Shown here: in pieces, positions 1-14,080 of the stretch
How positions within the stretch are numbered: the first letter of the stretch is position 1
How the letters are laid out: each line of letters opens with the position of its first letter
NCBI GenBank assembly: GCA_011109175.1
Contig: RDEW01000001.1
Coordinates: forward strand, 2,325,863 to 2,389,862
Direction: 5' to 3'
Origin: Dicyema japonicum
Taxonomy: Eukaryota; Animalia; Dicyemida
Length of the DNA: 64,000 nucleotides
Program-made: the position numbers and the translations under genes
Notes under the pieces: model-generated
Told to the model about the DNA's origin: nothing
What the model saw: only the letters and a program-made list of their open reading frames with translations
The model's database searches: none

Positions 1-39
1 CGAATATCGCAATGGAAGATTACTCCTCCTCCAATGTAA

Positions 40-470
40 GACTATAATACAAATAACATCAATGGTATGCCGAACTACATCGCTTTCTCGTCAAACACTT
101 TGTGGATATAATTCTTTTCCAAGATACGAAACTTAACCCACGGCGACCAACTCCTAACTTTCCGGGATACTCCGTTTTCAGGCGTTACAGAGGTCATGGA
201 AAAAGAGGAGGCCTTATCACACTAATCAGAAAGCATTTAAAGGTCAGCAATATTTCGGATGACATTCCGGACCCCCTCCTTCAAGACGACACACTGGAAC
301 AACGAACTCTGAGAATTTGCCTACCTTCTCTTCAATTGACAGTTGTCAATATGTGCATACCCTCCACCGACATGCCCCAGGGGCTACTGCCCCGAACTCA
401 AGCGATTCACCCGGTTGGAAAACACACTAATTGGCGGTGACCTTCCGAGGGATATCCAGGTAATTCTGGA
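40..470 (+). mobile_element. Degenerate APE endonuclease domain of a jockey/CR1-like non-LTR retrotransposon
   Basis: ORF 102..440 reads DIILFQDTKL...FPGYSVFRRYR...GGLITLIRKHL, typical of a LINE EEP domain; frameshifted at both ends. Confidence 0.7.
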
Positions 471-1636
471 TCGTCTACAATGTGGGCAATACCCCCTCTC
501 TAACCTTTACAACCTCTACGAGTTGACAAAAGATCACCAATTTGATGAATTAGCACAACGTTCGTCTCCTATGGCTGGACTGACCGATCTACGGGATAGC
601 CCGGCACCTGCGGCGTCCTATTTAATAGCTGCTGGCCTCCTACAAGTAAGTGAGGCCGGGGTTATTTAACTAACTATAATTACATGAACAAAGGAAATAC
701 TGTCAGTACTCCTAATCTGGTGGGAGGCCTAGTTGCATACTTGGAATTGATAATTAATACCAATGTTTCAGCTAGATTAATATACCTTAAGTTGACGCAA
801 AAGAGTGGGGGAATCTAGTGGCATCAAGAAGTCATATCCTTGGTAATGGTCTTTGGTTCGCCTCGCTAGGTACTTGTTTGAAGTCTACTCTTCTTCGTTT
901 TTTTCCTTCTCTCCATCCGTTCATTAGAGTGGCGGAGTATGATCCCACTTTCTCATGCTAGAATGACCTCAGAGAGGATTATTCCAACTTCACTGCATAA
1001 TTCCTTGGGGAGCTTCTAACGACTTTAAGAACTACGTTTCCTTCTCTTTTCTATGATTCTGAATGAACTTGTGTGATTGAAAGAACTTGTCTCTGAGTTT
1101 GTGAGCATGAGGATTGGATGCACAGAACATTTGCAAGATCAATAAAAACCAATATAATTTATTAGTAGATAAACTTCGTGGTAGAATGATATTTTATGAG
1201 ACAAAGGATGACTTTTACGGTTTTCCATATACAGTGTGTACCGGACTTTTACATTTTGAGATATTTATCTTCGGACAAAGGTTGGGGAAGAAGACTGTCA
1301 CCTTAAAATTGAAATCCCCTTCAGCAAATGTCAGAAGATCCTGGGCGTGACACTGGATACGCGCTTATAATTATATTTTCTACTAATAGAAGTTACAAAA
1401 TAACTTAAATAGAGAAATAATAAGTATATCATGAGAAATAACTAAACATAGATAGAACATTATTATAATTCTCGCATGAAACTACATCCCTGATAGACAC
1501 TAATTCCCTATGCGGTTACAGATTTTTCCATCAATGTCATTAAGCTATTTGTCTTCCTTTATTTTTTTTAATTTTTTTGAAATAAAACCCAATTTTTTAT
1601 TTTTATTAAAATTTATTAACAATAAAATATTTTTTA

Positions 1637-1850
1637 TTAACTATGGGGGAGAGCGGCTGCTGACATCACGGAGTAAGCGTTTCCGCGAACAACTGCGATA
1701 CCAATTCTTTGCCTCAGCCAGACCGCTTCCCGCATGTCTTTCTTGCGGTGGGCCAATTTTCCCCCGATTTCCTTTAGGAAAGAGGCTGTAATACTTCCAG
1801 CCGCACCAGACGTCTCGATTGCTACCGGTACAAAACGGTAGCGGTCTCAA
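1637..1850 (-). mobile_element. 3' end of a CRE-like (restriction-like endonuclease) non-LTR retrotransposon, 5'-truncated
   Basis: Minus-strand frame not in the ORF track: RFVPVAIETSGAAG...FLKEIGGKLA...REAVWLRQRIGIAVVRGNAYSV*, matching the RLE C-terminus of CRE-type elements; A-rich tail follows. Confidence 0.7.
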
Positions 1851-2299
1851 ACCCAATTTATTTAATAAAAAATTTAATTTCCTTTATTTATCTCAATTTT
1901 TAAAGTCTATTTATGAACTTTATATTCTGATCCATCCTCCTGTTATACGATAACAAGATTATTAGAGAATTTGGAATACACGTCAATAACAGTGAGTAAC
2001 CAAGAAAATGAATCATTACAGCTTTTAAATCTACAAAATTAAACCATAGGAAATACCTTCTTCAGTCGATAAAATCTACTTGCAATTTTTCATTCGGGGA
2101 GTTAGAAAAAATATGACAAATCTCATCAGATTGTTTCAGAGTCAGGNAGAATAAGCAGACTTCACAATTTTTCTATCAGTGTGAAACAGGTTGTTGGGAT
2201 TGTACAGGGAAATCTCCCAAGAAGGTTCTAGGGAACTTTTGACAAAGAAATAGAAAAATTGTCAAAAAAAACCAAAGGAAACTCCAACTCTTAATCGAG

Positions 2300-4060
2300 T
2301 CTTCAAACTCTCTGACTCTCTTAAAAGAGAACGCAACAGAATCAAATACAAAATAAAGAAAAGAGTGAGGAGACTAGCCCGGCATACACTGGATAACTTG
2401 GCAAAAGAAGCCGAACGGTACAAAAATGGTGCAAGAATGCTTGCTGCGGTTAGGCAATTATCCCGCAATACCAGACCGGAAAGAATCACGGTTCTTGATG
2501 ATACAGGAAAATTAATAATCAACGGCCAGGAATCAGCAAATAAAATTGCCGCTTTCTACAAAAAACGACTAAATCTCAATGAACACTTGGAACCGTTCGA
2601 AAGAATTCCCAGAGACTTGAATCAAAACATCAGGCATTACGAAGTCGTCTCATCCTTGGGTAAGCTTGAAAATGGCAGAGCCTATTGACCGGACAACGTG
2701 AATGCAGAATTATTGAAATACGCGCCAGACAGGGTGGCTGAGTTAATCTGCACAGTCCTGAACAGAACGTTCAAATGTCACAGTCCATTTGATGCGAGGA
2801 ATGGCACCTTGATCCCAATTCAGAAACCTGGAAAGGAAAGAGGAAATCTAAACAGTCTACGCCCGATTACACTAATGAATACGATAATGAAAATACTCTC
2901 CCTTGAGCTGGATCGTATTTCAGGCCTTGTATATGAGTTCCTGAACCAAAATTAAAGTAGATTCAGACCTGGAAGGTCGACGGCAGACTTTATATGGCGC
3001 CAAATATGGCTGTGGGCCAGCAACACAAAGAAGAAATCTCAATCCTTGGAATTGACCTATTTTGTATTTTCATCACCATCAATCGCAAAAAGCTAATGCA
3101 CGACTGGAGAGTATTCTAGACGAGGATGCATCACGTATGATCAGATTTTTACTCTCCAACACATCCCTATCAGTGCTCGTGGGAAATTACAACTCAATAA
3201 GATTTAAAACCGACACCGACGCACCACAGGGAGACTCGTTATTCCCAGTCCTATTCATAATATACCTGGAGGCATCTCTATTACCTTTCCGGAAAAAGAA
3301 CTGTTTCTCTAACGTGATGGAAGTAATCTACGTCGATGATGGATAGGGATACCGTGGAAACTATACTAAAAGTGATCCCTCAAGGCTTGGAAAACGGGTC
3401 TCTGATAGTAAACCCAGAAAAAACGGAAAAAACTAGCGTATCCCGTTGCACGACGAAAAACGAGAAAAAATGGAGAACATACAAGAAAGTTGGATCTCTC
3501 CTCGGAAACTCGGAGGACGTTATTCACAGGATAGTTCTGGCGGTTGCTTCTTTCGAAAAATTGTGGGCGATCTGGATGCTGCGAAAGTACATAGGCACTC
3601 GCCTTCGAATTCGGTTGTACAACTCCTTTATCGAACCAATTCTACTTTATAACGCGGGATTTGAGGTCTAACCACCAAAGAACTAGAAAACCTCAACTCT
3701 TTCCACAGAAAACAACTACGACTTCTCTTGGGCATCTACTGGCCAAAACGGATAACCAGCGACGAGCTATATAGAATTACTCAAACAACAAAGATTGGGA
3801 ATAAAGTTACTTCTGCGAAATAGCAGCTCTTTGGACATATCCTAAAAGCTTCGGAAATGGCACCGGTCAATCAGGCCATGGAATCATACTTTTCTGTATT
3901 AAACAAAACAACGCATCGAGGTCGACAAAGAACTCACATGCATAAAAAGAAAAATGAAAACAGCAAAGGATCTGAATGATCTTAGGTCGGATGCGAGAAA
4001 CAGGGGAAAATGGAAACGACTCACATCGCGTATTTGGTGAAGCATGGCAATAGTGGATTC
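2300..4060 (+). mobile_element. Decayed RTE-like LINE, reverse transcriptase region
   Basis: Broken ORFs with IPIQKPGK..LRPITLMNT, FRPGRSTAD, PQGDSLFPVLFIIYLE, YVDD, LRIRLYNSFIEPILLYNAG; multiple frameshifts and stops. Confidence 0.85.
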
Positions 4061-6489
4061 TCAAATTAGTTAATTTTTCTGGTTTCGCGGAGATTGCTAA
4101 TAATAATACATTGGCTTTAAGGTTGGAAGTTATAATAGTCCACTGAACTCGGCAATAAAGAACTAAGAGAAATCTACTTATGGAAATACGAACATGAGAA
4201 AGAGATTGAAAAAAATTTCACCCAAAAGTGAATATTTGAATTATTATTTATTTGAGAATCAGCTATGGTTGTCCACTAGCTTTATCGCGTGATACCATGA
4301 CGCTCTTGATTCAAAATTTCTGTTTGTTTCTTCGTTCCTCCTTTTCCTTTTCTACTAAAGTGACGTCGTGTGATTCACCTATCTTAAATGGCCCCCAGTG
4401 TAAGATGACACACAAAAAGATCATTCTTTCTTTCCAATACATTGGAGGGATTCTCACATTTNGGATCATTTTTTTTCCCCAATACATTGGAGGGATTCTC
4501 ACATTTGTAAGAAATGGACATCTACTTTTATGCTAGTTCGGAGACTCTTTGACAGTGGGAATAGAATACACTTAATTAGTTTTTAACTTTTTTCTCGGTG
4601 GCTACCTTCAGCCTTTAGCGATACCTTGACAATGAGTCACGTGCTGTCTTGCGATCTCTGGTACGACTTAAACTCGTTATAATTTATTTTCATTTATTAC
4701 TCGTAGTTGGGGTTAACTCTCTGAGTTTACATTTTTAGGTTACATCTCAATCCATTTGAACACTTGAATTTAACCTACAATAAGCGAAAATGAAGAGAAA
4801 AGGTTAAAATTTGAAATGTAGAACTTTAAAAAATAGAATTATAGCATAGCATTTAAAAATTTTTAATTTTTGTTAAAAGAAAAAAAGTAAGGATTTTAAG
4901 TTAAAAGGCCAGGATTGCGAAGACGTTCCAATTGATCACCGCCATTTTGTGGCTTCTCGCCCCTAGAATCTCTTCGAAGTAATTCTTTGTCCGATAGTGG
5001 AGAGAAATGCGTCCTTTTCTCTCCCATTATTAAAACAAAAAATGTCAACTATTTGTTATATCACGTAATCATATAGTTTTTTATATTAGTGTCTTTGAAA
5101 TTTCTGTTTTTCCCATTAAAATTTTCAACTTTTTATTGCCCTCTAAACACAACATGTCGTTACAGAGATCCGTTTAAATCTTAATAGTTACTTCATACTA
5201 CATTTTGAATTTCCTGTTCATTTATGTAATTTCATTATTTTTTGTCTTCACTTCCGTTGGATCTTCCACAAAATCAAAATATTCCATCTTTTATTATGCA
5301 ATGTAAATTTTTTTTGTTATTTATTTATTTATTAATACTCTGAGCAACTGATCTAATCCAGAATAGCTCAAAACTATTGTTCTTAATGAGTCGAGATTAT
5401 TATTAAAAACCAAAAATCACCGACAAATTAAATAACTACATAGCCGTCAGGTGATTCCGGCCGCCTCGAGTAGCCATCTCATTCTTGCTCGGTGTTTTTC
5501 GGGTTCCAACTCATTTCCGGATTGGGCGGGGGTTTCTAACTTTATTAAAGGATAGTAAGGCTCCGGTTTTCCTCACTAATTCCTCAAAAGGTGTAGGGTT
5601 TAGAGGTGTCCAAGAAAACCTTTGCAAAATCTTACTGGTCATTTTTGGAAGGTATTGATTTTCTCTATATTCATGTTTGAGAGGTTGGTTCCCCATGCAA
5701 CACACCCGTAAGTTAGAGACAGTTGAATATACTGCACGTAGAGCGAAGATGAGTCGCGATGTTGTACTTGCTTTTTTAGAATCTCCGAACATTCAAAAAA
5801 ATAATAAATTCACAAAACTAATTATATCACATATGGAGTCGTAATTTTCGAAATAGTATTTTACTGCAGCAAACCTTATGACTAGAGGACATCATATATT
5901 TCTAAGAAGATATTGATTTATTATTTGTTGTAGCACTTTTATATTTCTTTGATGAATCGTATGCATCTTAGATTTGTTATTTATTGATTTAGTTTCCTTG
6001 GCTGACAATAAATCAAACGCGTTTATGTTAATTAATTTATTAAATTAAGAAAAAAAGTGAGCAATTAATGATATATCAGCAGCCCTGAGTTTTGGCTATT
6101 CCTTATCAGGATGGCGAGTGAGATTCGCTCAAATAACCAGCAGTATTCACGGGGATCTTTTTTAGCATTATTTTTGTATTTCTTAGTATCATAGTGAGTT
6201 ACTTATTAATTGCCCAAAAAGTCTGCTTGTGGATCGCCTAATGATTTACGTCAGCATTATTTTTGTATTTCTTAGCATCATAGTGAGTTACTTATTCATT
6301 TCCCAAAAAGTCTGCTTGTGGATCGCCTAATGATTTACGTCCATCACATGTATGCCCAAATTGTATAAATTGACTACAAAATGTGTCAAATCAAAACTAA
6401 CCGATTATTTGTAAGTGTTCGATATTATTTTTATGTCAAGGGGCGAAGGAGCAAACTTTAATAAACCAGTTCATAAACAGTCATAGGTT

Positions 6490-7790
6490 AACAAATTTTT
6501 AGTCTATTGGATTGATGTAAATAAGGCGTACGACTCTGTGGACCATGACTTTCTCTGACGTGTTTTGGACTGTTCTGGCCTCCCAATATGTATTGGAAGG
6601 TTTGTGAAGATTAGCCAATGGAAAGTTATTTTAAATTTCAACAGCGAGAGGATTGGAATTGTTAAATTAATTTGCTGTATATTGCAAGGAGATTCGTAGT
6701 TTTTCAGCTTTTTGTGTTAGTCGTGGATCTTTAAACAAAATTGTAAAATTCCAAAATCGTCCATATCCCAAAGTAATTCATCATTGATGACGTATACAAC
6801 CAATCACTTACTTTTTATTGATAATCTAAAAATATTTGCGGAGAAGGAAGATACAATGTTAAGGATGATGAATGAGATTTATGAGAATTTCATTGTGGTT
6901 GGACTTAGGAGTAGTTTTGAGAAGTCTCCCATGATTTTGAATTTATGAAGGATTTAAAATCTCTAGATGGATATGAAAGGCTGGTACCTCTGAGTTTGCC
7001 AGCATGTCATGAAAAAGGGTGTTTTGAGAGCAATCACCAAGCATGCCTTGTCCGTCTATAATTACTACATTGGCTTAATTGTCATTGAACCGAGGTAGTC
7101 GAGGTACATTAAAGCCTGCTAGCAAATATTGTATATTAATCGTGCTCAACTTGGGAGAGGACCAATTCCTGGCTGATTCGGAAAGAAAGTCTAGCATTTG
7201 TCTTAGATATGATGGCATCCTGCGGTCCTTAAAGCTAAGAAAATACATATGACCACAATCGCAGGATTCCTTGTTTCAAGTACAAGATGGACCCCATCCA
7301 AGTAAGGCTTAGCGCTATCACGGACTATCAACAGAAATCCCTGATGGATAGTATCAGTAGAAAGTCGCTCCACTATATACTTTATGATTGTTGCAAGGAT
7401 AAAAATATTGATGTTGGATTCGCTGAGTGGTTAATCAGTGGCAACAATAGTCCGATGTCTGAGGCTTTGTACTGTCTTCTTCAAGACAAGAATCTGTTTT
7501 TGTGGATAAAGATTAACTATATAATCAAAGTCAAAATGTCGGTGGATCATATGGCTACAGGCTGCAATTGGTTGCCTAACAGCAACTACATTAGAAGACA
7601 TGATGAAGTGGTTATATGCATACATTTGCACTTATGCAAAATGTAGGACATAAGAAGTCAAAGAGACTGAAGACGCATTCTTTCAATTCCATAATCAATC
7701 CGGGTGGACAAATCAATAAAAATACTCAGGTCAGGTTTAATAAACCTGATATTTTTGTCCAAGTAAGAAAAGAAGGGCCTAGAAGCGATT
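6490..7790 (+). mobile_element. Decayed R4/Dong-like (RLE-type) non-LTR retrotransposon
   Basis: Fragments YWIDVNKAYDSVDHDFL (~6505), FIDNLKIFA (~6815), YIRRHDEVVICIH (~7590) and NKPDIFV (~7740). Confidence 0.7.
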
Positions 7791-8099
7791 AGTAATTTTG
7801 ATTTAATTGTGTTCTCAGTAAAATAAAACTTGGTTTTTTAATTAAATTTTATAAATTAATTTATTGAATTTATTATTTTTATATATTTTATAAGTCAGAA
7901 AAAATTAATAAATTTCGAAATATCCTGATTAAAGTATGATCAAAAAATTATAGCATTATAGCATTTAAATGCCTATACTAATGAGGTCCTGAAACCTTCA
8001 AAACTACTTCACCGTTTGAACATCAAACATTCGGAATTAGAACACAAGTCATTGAAATATTTTGAAATAAGAAAACTGGGACATTAAGAAAAAAAGAAA

Positions 8100-8360
8100 A
8101 TTTTGAGGGGCACACATCAATAAATGTGAATGCACTGAGAGCGTTATATTTGGCAGCTAACCGCATTGCTAAGGCTAAAAAGCCATTTACTATGAGTGAA
8201 GAATTAATCTTGGTCTCCTCTAAAGATATAGTAAAATGCTAGGAGGATGATGTAAAAGAGATAGAGCACTAGTGCCTTTATTGGCTAGACTATGACTAGA
8301 CGTTTTGAGGATAACTGAAAACATTCAGGCACAATTTTTGGAAAGGATCAATACATCGAT
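8100..8360 (+). mobile_element. hAT (Buster/Charlie, ZBED5/SCAND3-like) transposase fragment
   Basis: NVNALRALYLAANRIAKAKKPFTMSEELIL...KDI followed by stops and frameshifts, then ENIQAQFLERIN. Confidence 0.8.
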
Positions 8361-10099
8361 GGTAGATTTAAGTTGGAAGTAAATAGTCTACCCCTGGGCG
8401 GAGGTTAAATCATCTAACGCTTACCTGTCCGTGGCAACAAAAAAGTCGGGGATCACTGTACTGGGAGACATTGAGTAAAGTCAATTTTAATTACATATTC
8501 AATTAACCATGTTCTCAGTACTGTGAAACACTAGCTCCATGCCATGTTTCCTGCAAATATGAATATGAAGGAGTCGATGATGAAACTGCGGCTCCTCGGA
8601 ATCTTCAACGAAAGAAATCCTAATTAATGGTACAACTAAATGTCATAAATACAATTTAATTCAAAATAAACAGTATTTAAGTTAATAAAACTTAAAATTT
8701 GATTTAATTGTAAAATTATTTTGAAAACCAGCTCATGGAGGTTCCAGTGTAAGGCAAGGGTGTAGAGGACCATTGAAGACACGTGAATTCAAAATAAACA
8801 GTATTTAAGTTAATAAAACTTAAAATTTGATTTAATTGTAAAATTATTTTGAAAACCAGCTCATGGAGGTTCCAGTGTAAGGCAAGGGTGTAGAGGACCA
8901 TTGAAGACACGTGGCTGTGTTTTGTGTTTTTGAAGATTGCTTGGGAGTACAATGATTTCTTCCATAAGACTGGACAGTTTGTGGTCTTTTAAAGTTTGAC
9001 AAAGTACGAGTTTTTTTGTTATTTTCAAAAACAGAGAATACATTTTCTCTGATACTCTTAAATCAAATAGTTAATAAAACCTTTATTCTCTGTTCGAAAA
9101 CCCTCGGTGGCCTTGGTTTGGCCGACATTCTAAAGGCAGAGCTGTAGTCCTGTCTATTAGCGCTTCTTTCGTATCCATAGAATCCCGTAGGAAACTTGTG
9201 GTTTATAAGTCACTCAACCCAAAGTCCAGTATGTTCTCTTTTATTGTAAGCAATAAACTCTCTGGGTGGAATGATGTGGCTGTTAATGTCCATACTAACA
9301 ATAATCGCTGTTCAACTATTAAACAATAATCATAACGTTAATAAAATCGATACCCACAAAAGCACATTTCTAATTAACTTTTTCCTTCGATTTACAGAGA
9401 TAGTCAAATATTACTTATAATCATAACGTTAATAAAATCGATACCCACAAAAGCACATTTCTAATTAACTTTTTCCTTCGATTTACAGAGATAGTCAAAT
9501 ATTACTTGGATTCTCTACTAATTGTTTTTCCATAATTTTTCGACAAGGTTCGTCCTCCTAATTTAGGGGACTGTTGCGTAACCCTTGCTAAAGTAAGTCA
9601 TAATTTAAGGGACTGTTGCGTAATCCTTGCCAAAGTATCCCTGTAAATATTGATTTCCGTAAATTTCACTGCATTTTGATTAGCACTCTGTCCGTGGTTT
9701 GAAAGTTTGTCAATTTTTTGTCAATAAAGTCAATAAAATATTTTTTCTATTAATAATTAGCTAAGGGGTTGTCGGAATTTTGAGCTGGTGACGTAACTCC
9801 GATGCACTATGACATGGTTATAGTGCACTTAATGTCTTCATATGTTCGTACCCTTTCGTTATGGACTATGAAAAGATTGGGTATTCGAACTGTCGGAATG
9901 CTTCAATGAATGGGTTTAAATCCCATCTCCTCCAAATCGAAGGATTTTGAACTATTACGCCTTGATGAGGAACAAGGGAATTATTTTGCCAGTAATATAT
10001 GCTTGTTTAAGGAATACAAATAAGACATAGTGCAATAGAGGTGCCGTCACCACCTCAACCAGAAATCCTTACCGACTTTGTATTCCTTATTGACTTCTC

Positions 10100-10400
10100 C
10101 GTTCACTCTGGGATCTTTCAATTGCAGAGGACTTATACAACCTTACAAGAAAAACCAACTGGTATGAGATCTAACTAAATATGACGTCTCTGTCTGTTGT
10201 CTACAAGAGACAAAAACGACCGTACAATGTAAAGAACTGTTTGGAAAATTCCGACCGTACAATGTACAGAACTGTTTGGCCTGCCTACATTATGGTCTCG
10301 GATTTGCAGTCCATCAGGACCTGATTCACTACGTTACAAGAGTGTGGACATCGTCTGATATTATAATAGAAATAGCGGACGTCCTGGACTACCTAAAAGA
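10100..10400 (+). mobile_element. RTE-like LINE APE endonuclease fragment
   Basis: LGSFNCRGL...VCCLQETK...YGLGFAVH motifs, interrupted. Confidence 0.6.
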
Positions 10401-11729
10401 ACTAGTGGGCAACAAAGAGCATGGTCGAAGCTGACGGAGAGGATGATTCGGAATGCGACACAAGGGAACCTTAACTAATTTTATGTTTTCTCGGGAGTGC
10501 TTTTTAATAATAATATGCTAGATTATACTACTTCATAATGAACTTTGGTTAATTAAGGTACCATTTTGTCGCACTGACTACTCTCCACTCTTATCCAAGG
10601 CCCCCTATAGTTTGATTACGAAAGCCGGTGTTGTCTTCGGCCATCCTTAAAGTGATCTCCCCCTTTTATTAAAACAAGTCTCCATTATTTGATTTAATGA
10701 TAAGATCAAATTTATTAGTAAGATGAGCCCAATTATTTTCCATTGTCGGATTTATTGTGACCACAGCTACGTTATTGAAACCCTAAAACTACTAAAAAAA
10801 GTTTAAACTAACTAATTAGGTGGTCCCAACCTCAAGTAGTTTCAAGACTCTCCTTGAATGTTCCACCAACGACCCAACTGGTTTCAAGAATAATCAAGAA
10901 ATTAACGTGATGTCATGCGGTTAACCTGTTTTGCATGGAAAAAAACTGTTCGACATGCCCCAGCCCTTTACAATCTTCATAATAGTGGCCTATCAATTTC
11001 TTCGTTTTTTGTCAATTCTGGCTGGCGATATAGTGCTACATAATTTGTATTGATTTGCTGTTGTTATAAAGTCTTTTTTAATTGGAATTAAATATTCTCA
11101 GAGTAAACAAATAATTTTGATGTCATGCTGGCACAGAACGCCTCCTGAAGAGGTGATCGCATGACACTACGATAAACGAACAAAGAACCCTAAGAAAACG
11201 GAAAAGGACACACTTCACTGTTGTTTTAAAAATAAACGGTCGATTAACACTTATCAAATAATTGAAATTCTATGTTGTTGGTTGATTAAAAATAATTCAA
11301 ATAATTGATTAATTAAATCGTTCAAATAATTGATTTCTACTCCAACACACGCTCTGAATGAAGGTGACAATCTCATTGNATTTGTATTGATTTGCTGTTG
11401 TTATAAAGTCTATTTTAATTGGAATTAAATATTCTCAGAGTAAACAAATAATTTTGATGTCTTCCTGGCACAGAACGCCTCCTGAAGAGGTGATCGCATG
11501 ACGCTACGATAAACGAACAAAGAACCCTAAGAAAACGGAAAAGGACACACTTCACTGTTGTTTTAAAAATAAACGGTCGATTAACACTGATCAAATAATT
11601 GAAATTCTATGTTGTTGGTTGATTAAAAATAATTCAAATAATTGATTAATTAAATCGTTAAAATAATTGATTTCTACTTCAACACACGCTCTGAATGAAG
11701 GTGACAATCACATTGAGCTTACTTGATGA

Positions 11730-12000
11730 AACCATTTAAAGCACCTGGGAATGCAGGGACTTAAAGCGATCACAAATATCATTTCTGTCACCATCAACAA
11801 CTGCCGGATTCCTGCATTATGGAAAAATCAAAAATAATCCCAATCCTGAAACCCAAAAAGATCTTTCTGATCCAGGATCTTTCAGACCGATTCTACTACT
11901 ATCTGTAGTGTCGAAGATTGTTGAATGTGTTGTATTGAAACTAATATCGGAGTTTTTTCCCTTCCCAGATTATCAACACAACAACATTTTTAATAGTTTT
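11730..12000 (+). mobile_element. Jockey-like LINE RT fragment
   Basis: IPALWK..KIIPILKP..D..DPGSFRPILLLSVVSKIVE, with frameshifts. Confidence 0.65.
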
Positions 12001-12299
12001 CTGGAAGGTACTACATCTGAGTCTTTCCTTAAGGCTTGGACTCAATACCTGTCTCCTTTCTCTATTTTTAATTTTCTCAAATGTTTCTCCCAGTTTTATG
12101 TATGTGTCCTGGATCTTTGATCACCTCCTGAAACCGTTGATTCGATCCTCCACAATTTTGCTAATTGGTTCTAACAGTTTGTCTTCATTTTCGCTTAGAT
12201 AGTCTCTCAGTTTTTTGTTTAAGGGAGCTAAATTGCAGCTCTCCTTGTTTTCTCTTGGAGGGATAAGATCTTCTCCCTCTTCGGAGAGAAGAACCATTT

Positions 12300-14080
12300 C
12301 TTGCACCCATAAAGTAGGCTAGGAAGAATAACTCCCTTGAAGATGAACAGGTAGGTGTCATTNCTAGCGTTTAACTTTCGTGTGACTAAAAAGCTCTCTT
12401 CCTCCTCTCCCTTATATCGTCCATGTAATCTCTTGCGTGTCCATAAATGACCGCAAAATAACTTAAACTGTGTGCATTGTTCATTCCGATTGTGTATTCC
12501 TGTTTCAGGTGTTTTTTCCCACGGCCTATTCGGACTGCACATGATTTTTTAGTAGAGACCTTTAACGCTCACATGCGACCCATTGTTCTATATGGTTCAC
12601 ATACTCCTGGATTCTTCTTTCAGATATAGCAGATGTAGCGATGTGTACATCACATTTACGCCATCTGCATAAATATACTATTATTAATATTCTTCGCACG
12701 TGGAAAACTCGCCATGAATATATTAAACAAAATAGAGATCAATGCTGACTCCTTTCTAAAATGATGTTGCATCAGATAAATTTCCGCACACCCTCACAAA
12801 AGATTGCCTCTCCTGAAGATAATTTCTTAGCCAAACAAATACACATATTGGAACAAATAATGATACAAGCCGTTTCAACAACGCTCCATACCATACACCA
12901 GTGTTTCTNNNNNNNNNNNNNNNNNNNNNNNNNNNNNNNNNNNNNNNNNNNNNNNNNNNNNNNNNNNNNNNNNNNNNNNNNNNNNNNNNNNNNNNNNNNN
13001 NNNNNNNNNNNNNNNNNNNNNNNNNNNNNNNNNNNNNNNNNNNNNNNNNNNNNNNNNNNNNNNNNNNNNNNNNNNNNNNNNNNNNNNNNNNNNNNNNNNN
13101 NNNNNNNNNNNNNNNNNNNNNNNNNNNNNNNNNNNNNNNNNNNNNNNNNNNNNNNNNNNNNNNNNNNNNNNNNNNNNNNNNNNNNNNNNNNNNNNNNNNN
13201 NNNNNNNNNNNNNNNNNNNNNNNNNNNNNNNNNNNNNNNNNNNNNNNNNNNNNNNNNNNNNNNNNNNNNNNNNNNNNNNNNNNNNNNNNNNNNNNNNNNN
13301 NNNNNNNNNNNNNNNNNNNNNNNNNNNNNNNNNNNNNNNNNNNNNNNNNNNNNNNNNNNNNNNNNNNNNNNNNNNNNNNNNNNNNNNNNNNNNNNNNNNN
13401 NNNNNNNNNNNNNNNNNNNNNNNNNNNNNNNNNNNNNNNNNNNNNNNNNNNNNNNNNNNNNNNNNNNNNNNNNNNNNNNNNNNNNNNNNNNNNNNNNNNN
13501 NNNNNNNNNNNNNNNNNNNNNNNNNNNNNNNNNNNNNNNNNNNNNCCTTATATCGTCCATGTAATCATGCGTGTCCATAAATGACCGCCAAATAACTTAA
13601 ACTGTGCATTGTTCATTCCAAGTGTGTATCCCTGTTTCAGGTGTTTTTCCCACAGCTTATTCGGAGTGCCCATGATTTTTCAGTAGAGAGCTTTAACCCT
13701 CACATGCGACCCATTGCTCAATATGGTCCACATACTCTTGGATTCTTCTTTCAGATATAGCAGATTTTAGCGATGTGTACATCAAATTTAAGCCATATGC
13801 ATAAATAGACTAGTATTAATATTCTTCGCACGTGGAAAACTCGCCATGAATGTATTAAACAAAATAGAGCTTAATACTGACTCCTTTCTAAAATGGTATT
13901 GCATCAGATATATTTCCCACATCCTCACAAAAGATTGCCTTTCCTGAAGATAATTTCTTAGCCAAAAAAATACACATCTTGGAACAAATAATGATACAAG
14001 CTGCTTTAACGTTTCTCAACAATTCAGAAGGAATATTGAATGTTTTAAACGTTTTTTGATGCAATCATTAACTTGTGAAA
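12300..14080 (-). mobile_element. R4-like non-LTR retrotransposon C-terminal RT remnant, present twice either side of the gap
   Basis: KRLHGRY-type motif and RT-like fragments; 12410-12908 and 13547-14010 are homologous copies. Confidence 0.45.
12909..13546. other. Assembly gap (638 N)
   Basis: Run of N; the flanks are near-duplicate sequences, probably two haplotypes. The long X-filled ORFs in the track are artefacts. Confidence 0.99.

Noticed and set aside
10039-10062. 16-mer CGTCACCACCTCAACC shared with ~32835, suggesting an inverted 5' LINE piece
   Set aside because: Too short, and the geometry does not fit a twin-priming inversion convincingly.
12761-13584. Long ORFs in the supplied track
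   Set aside because: They consist of X residues spanning the N gap.
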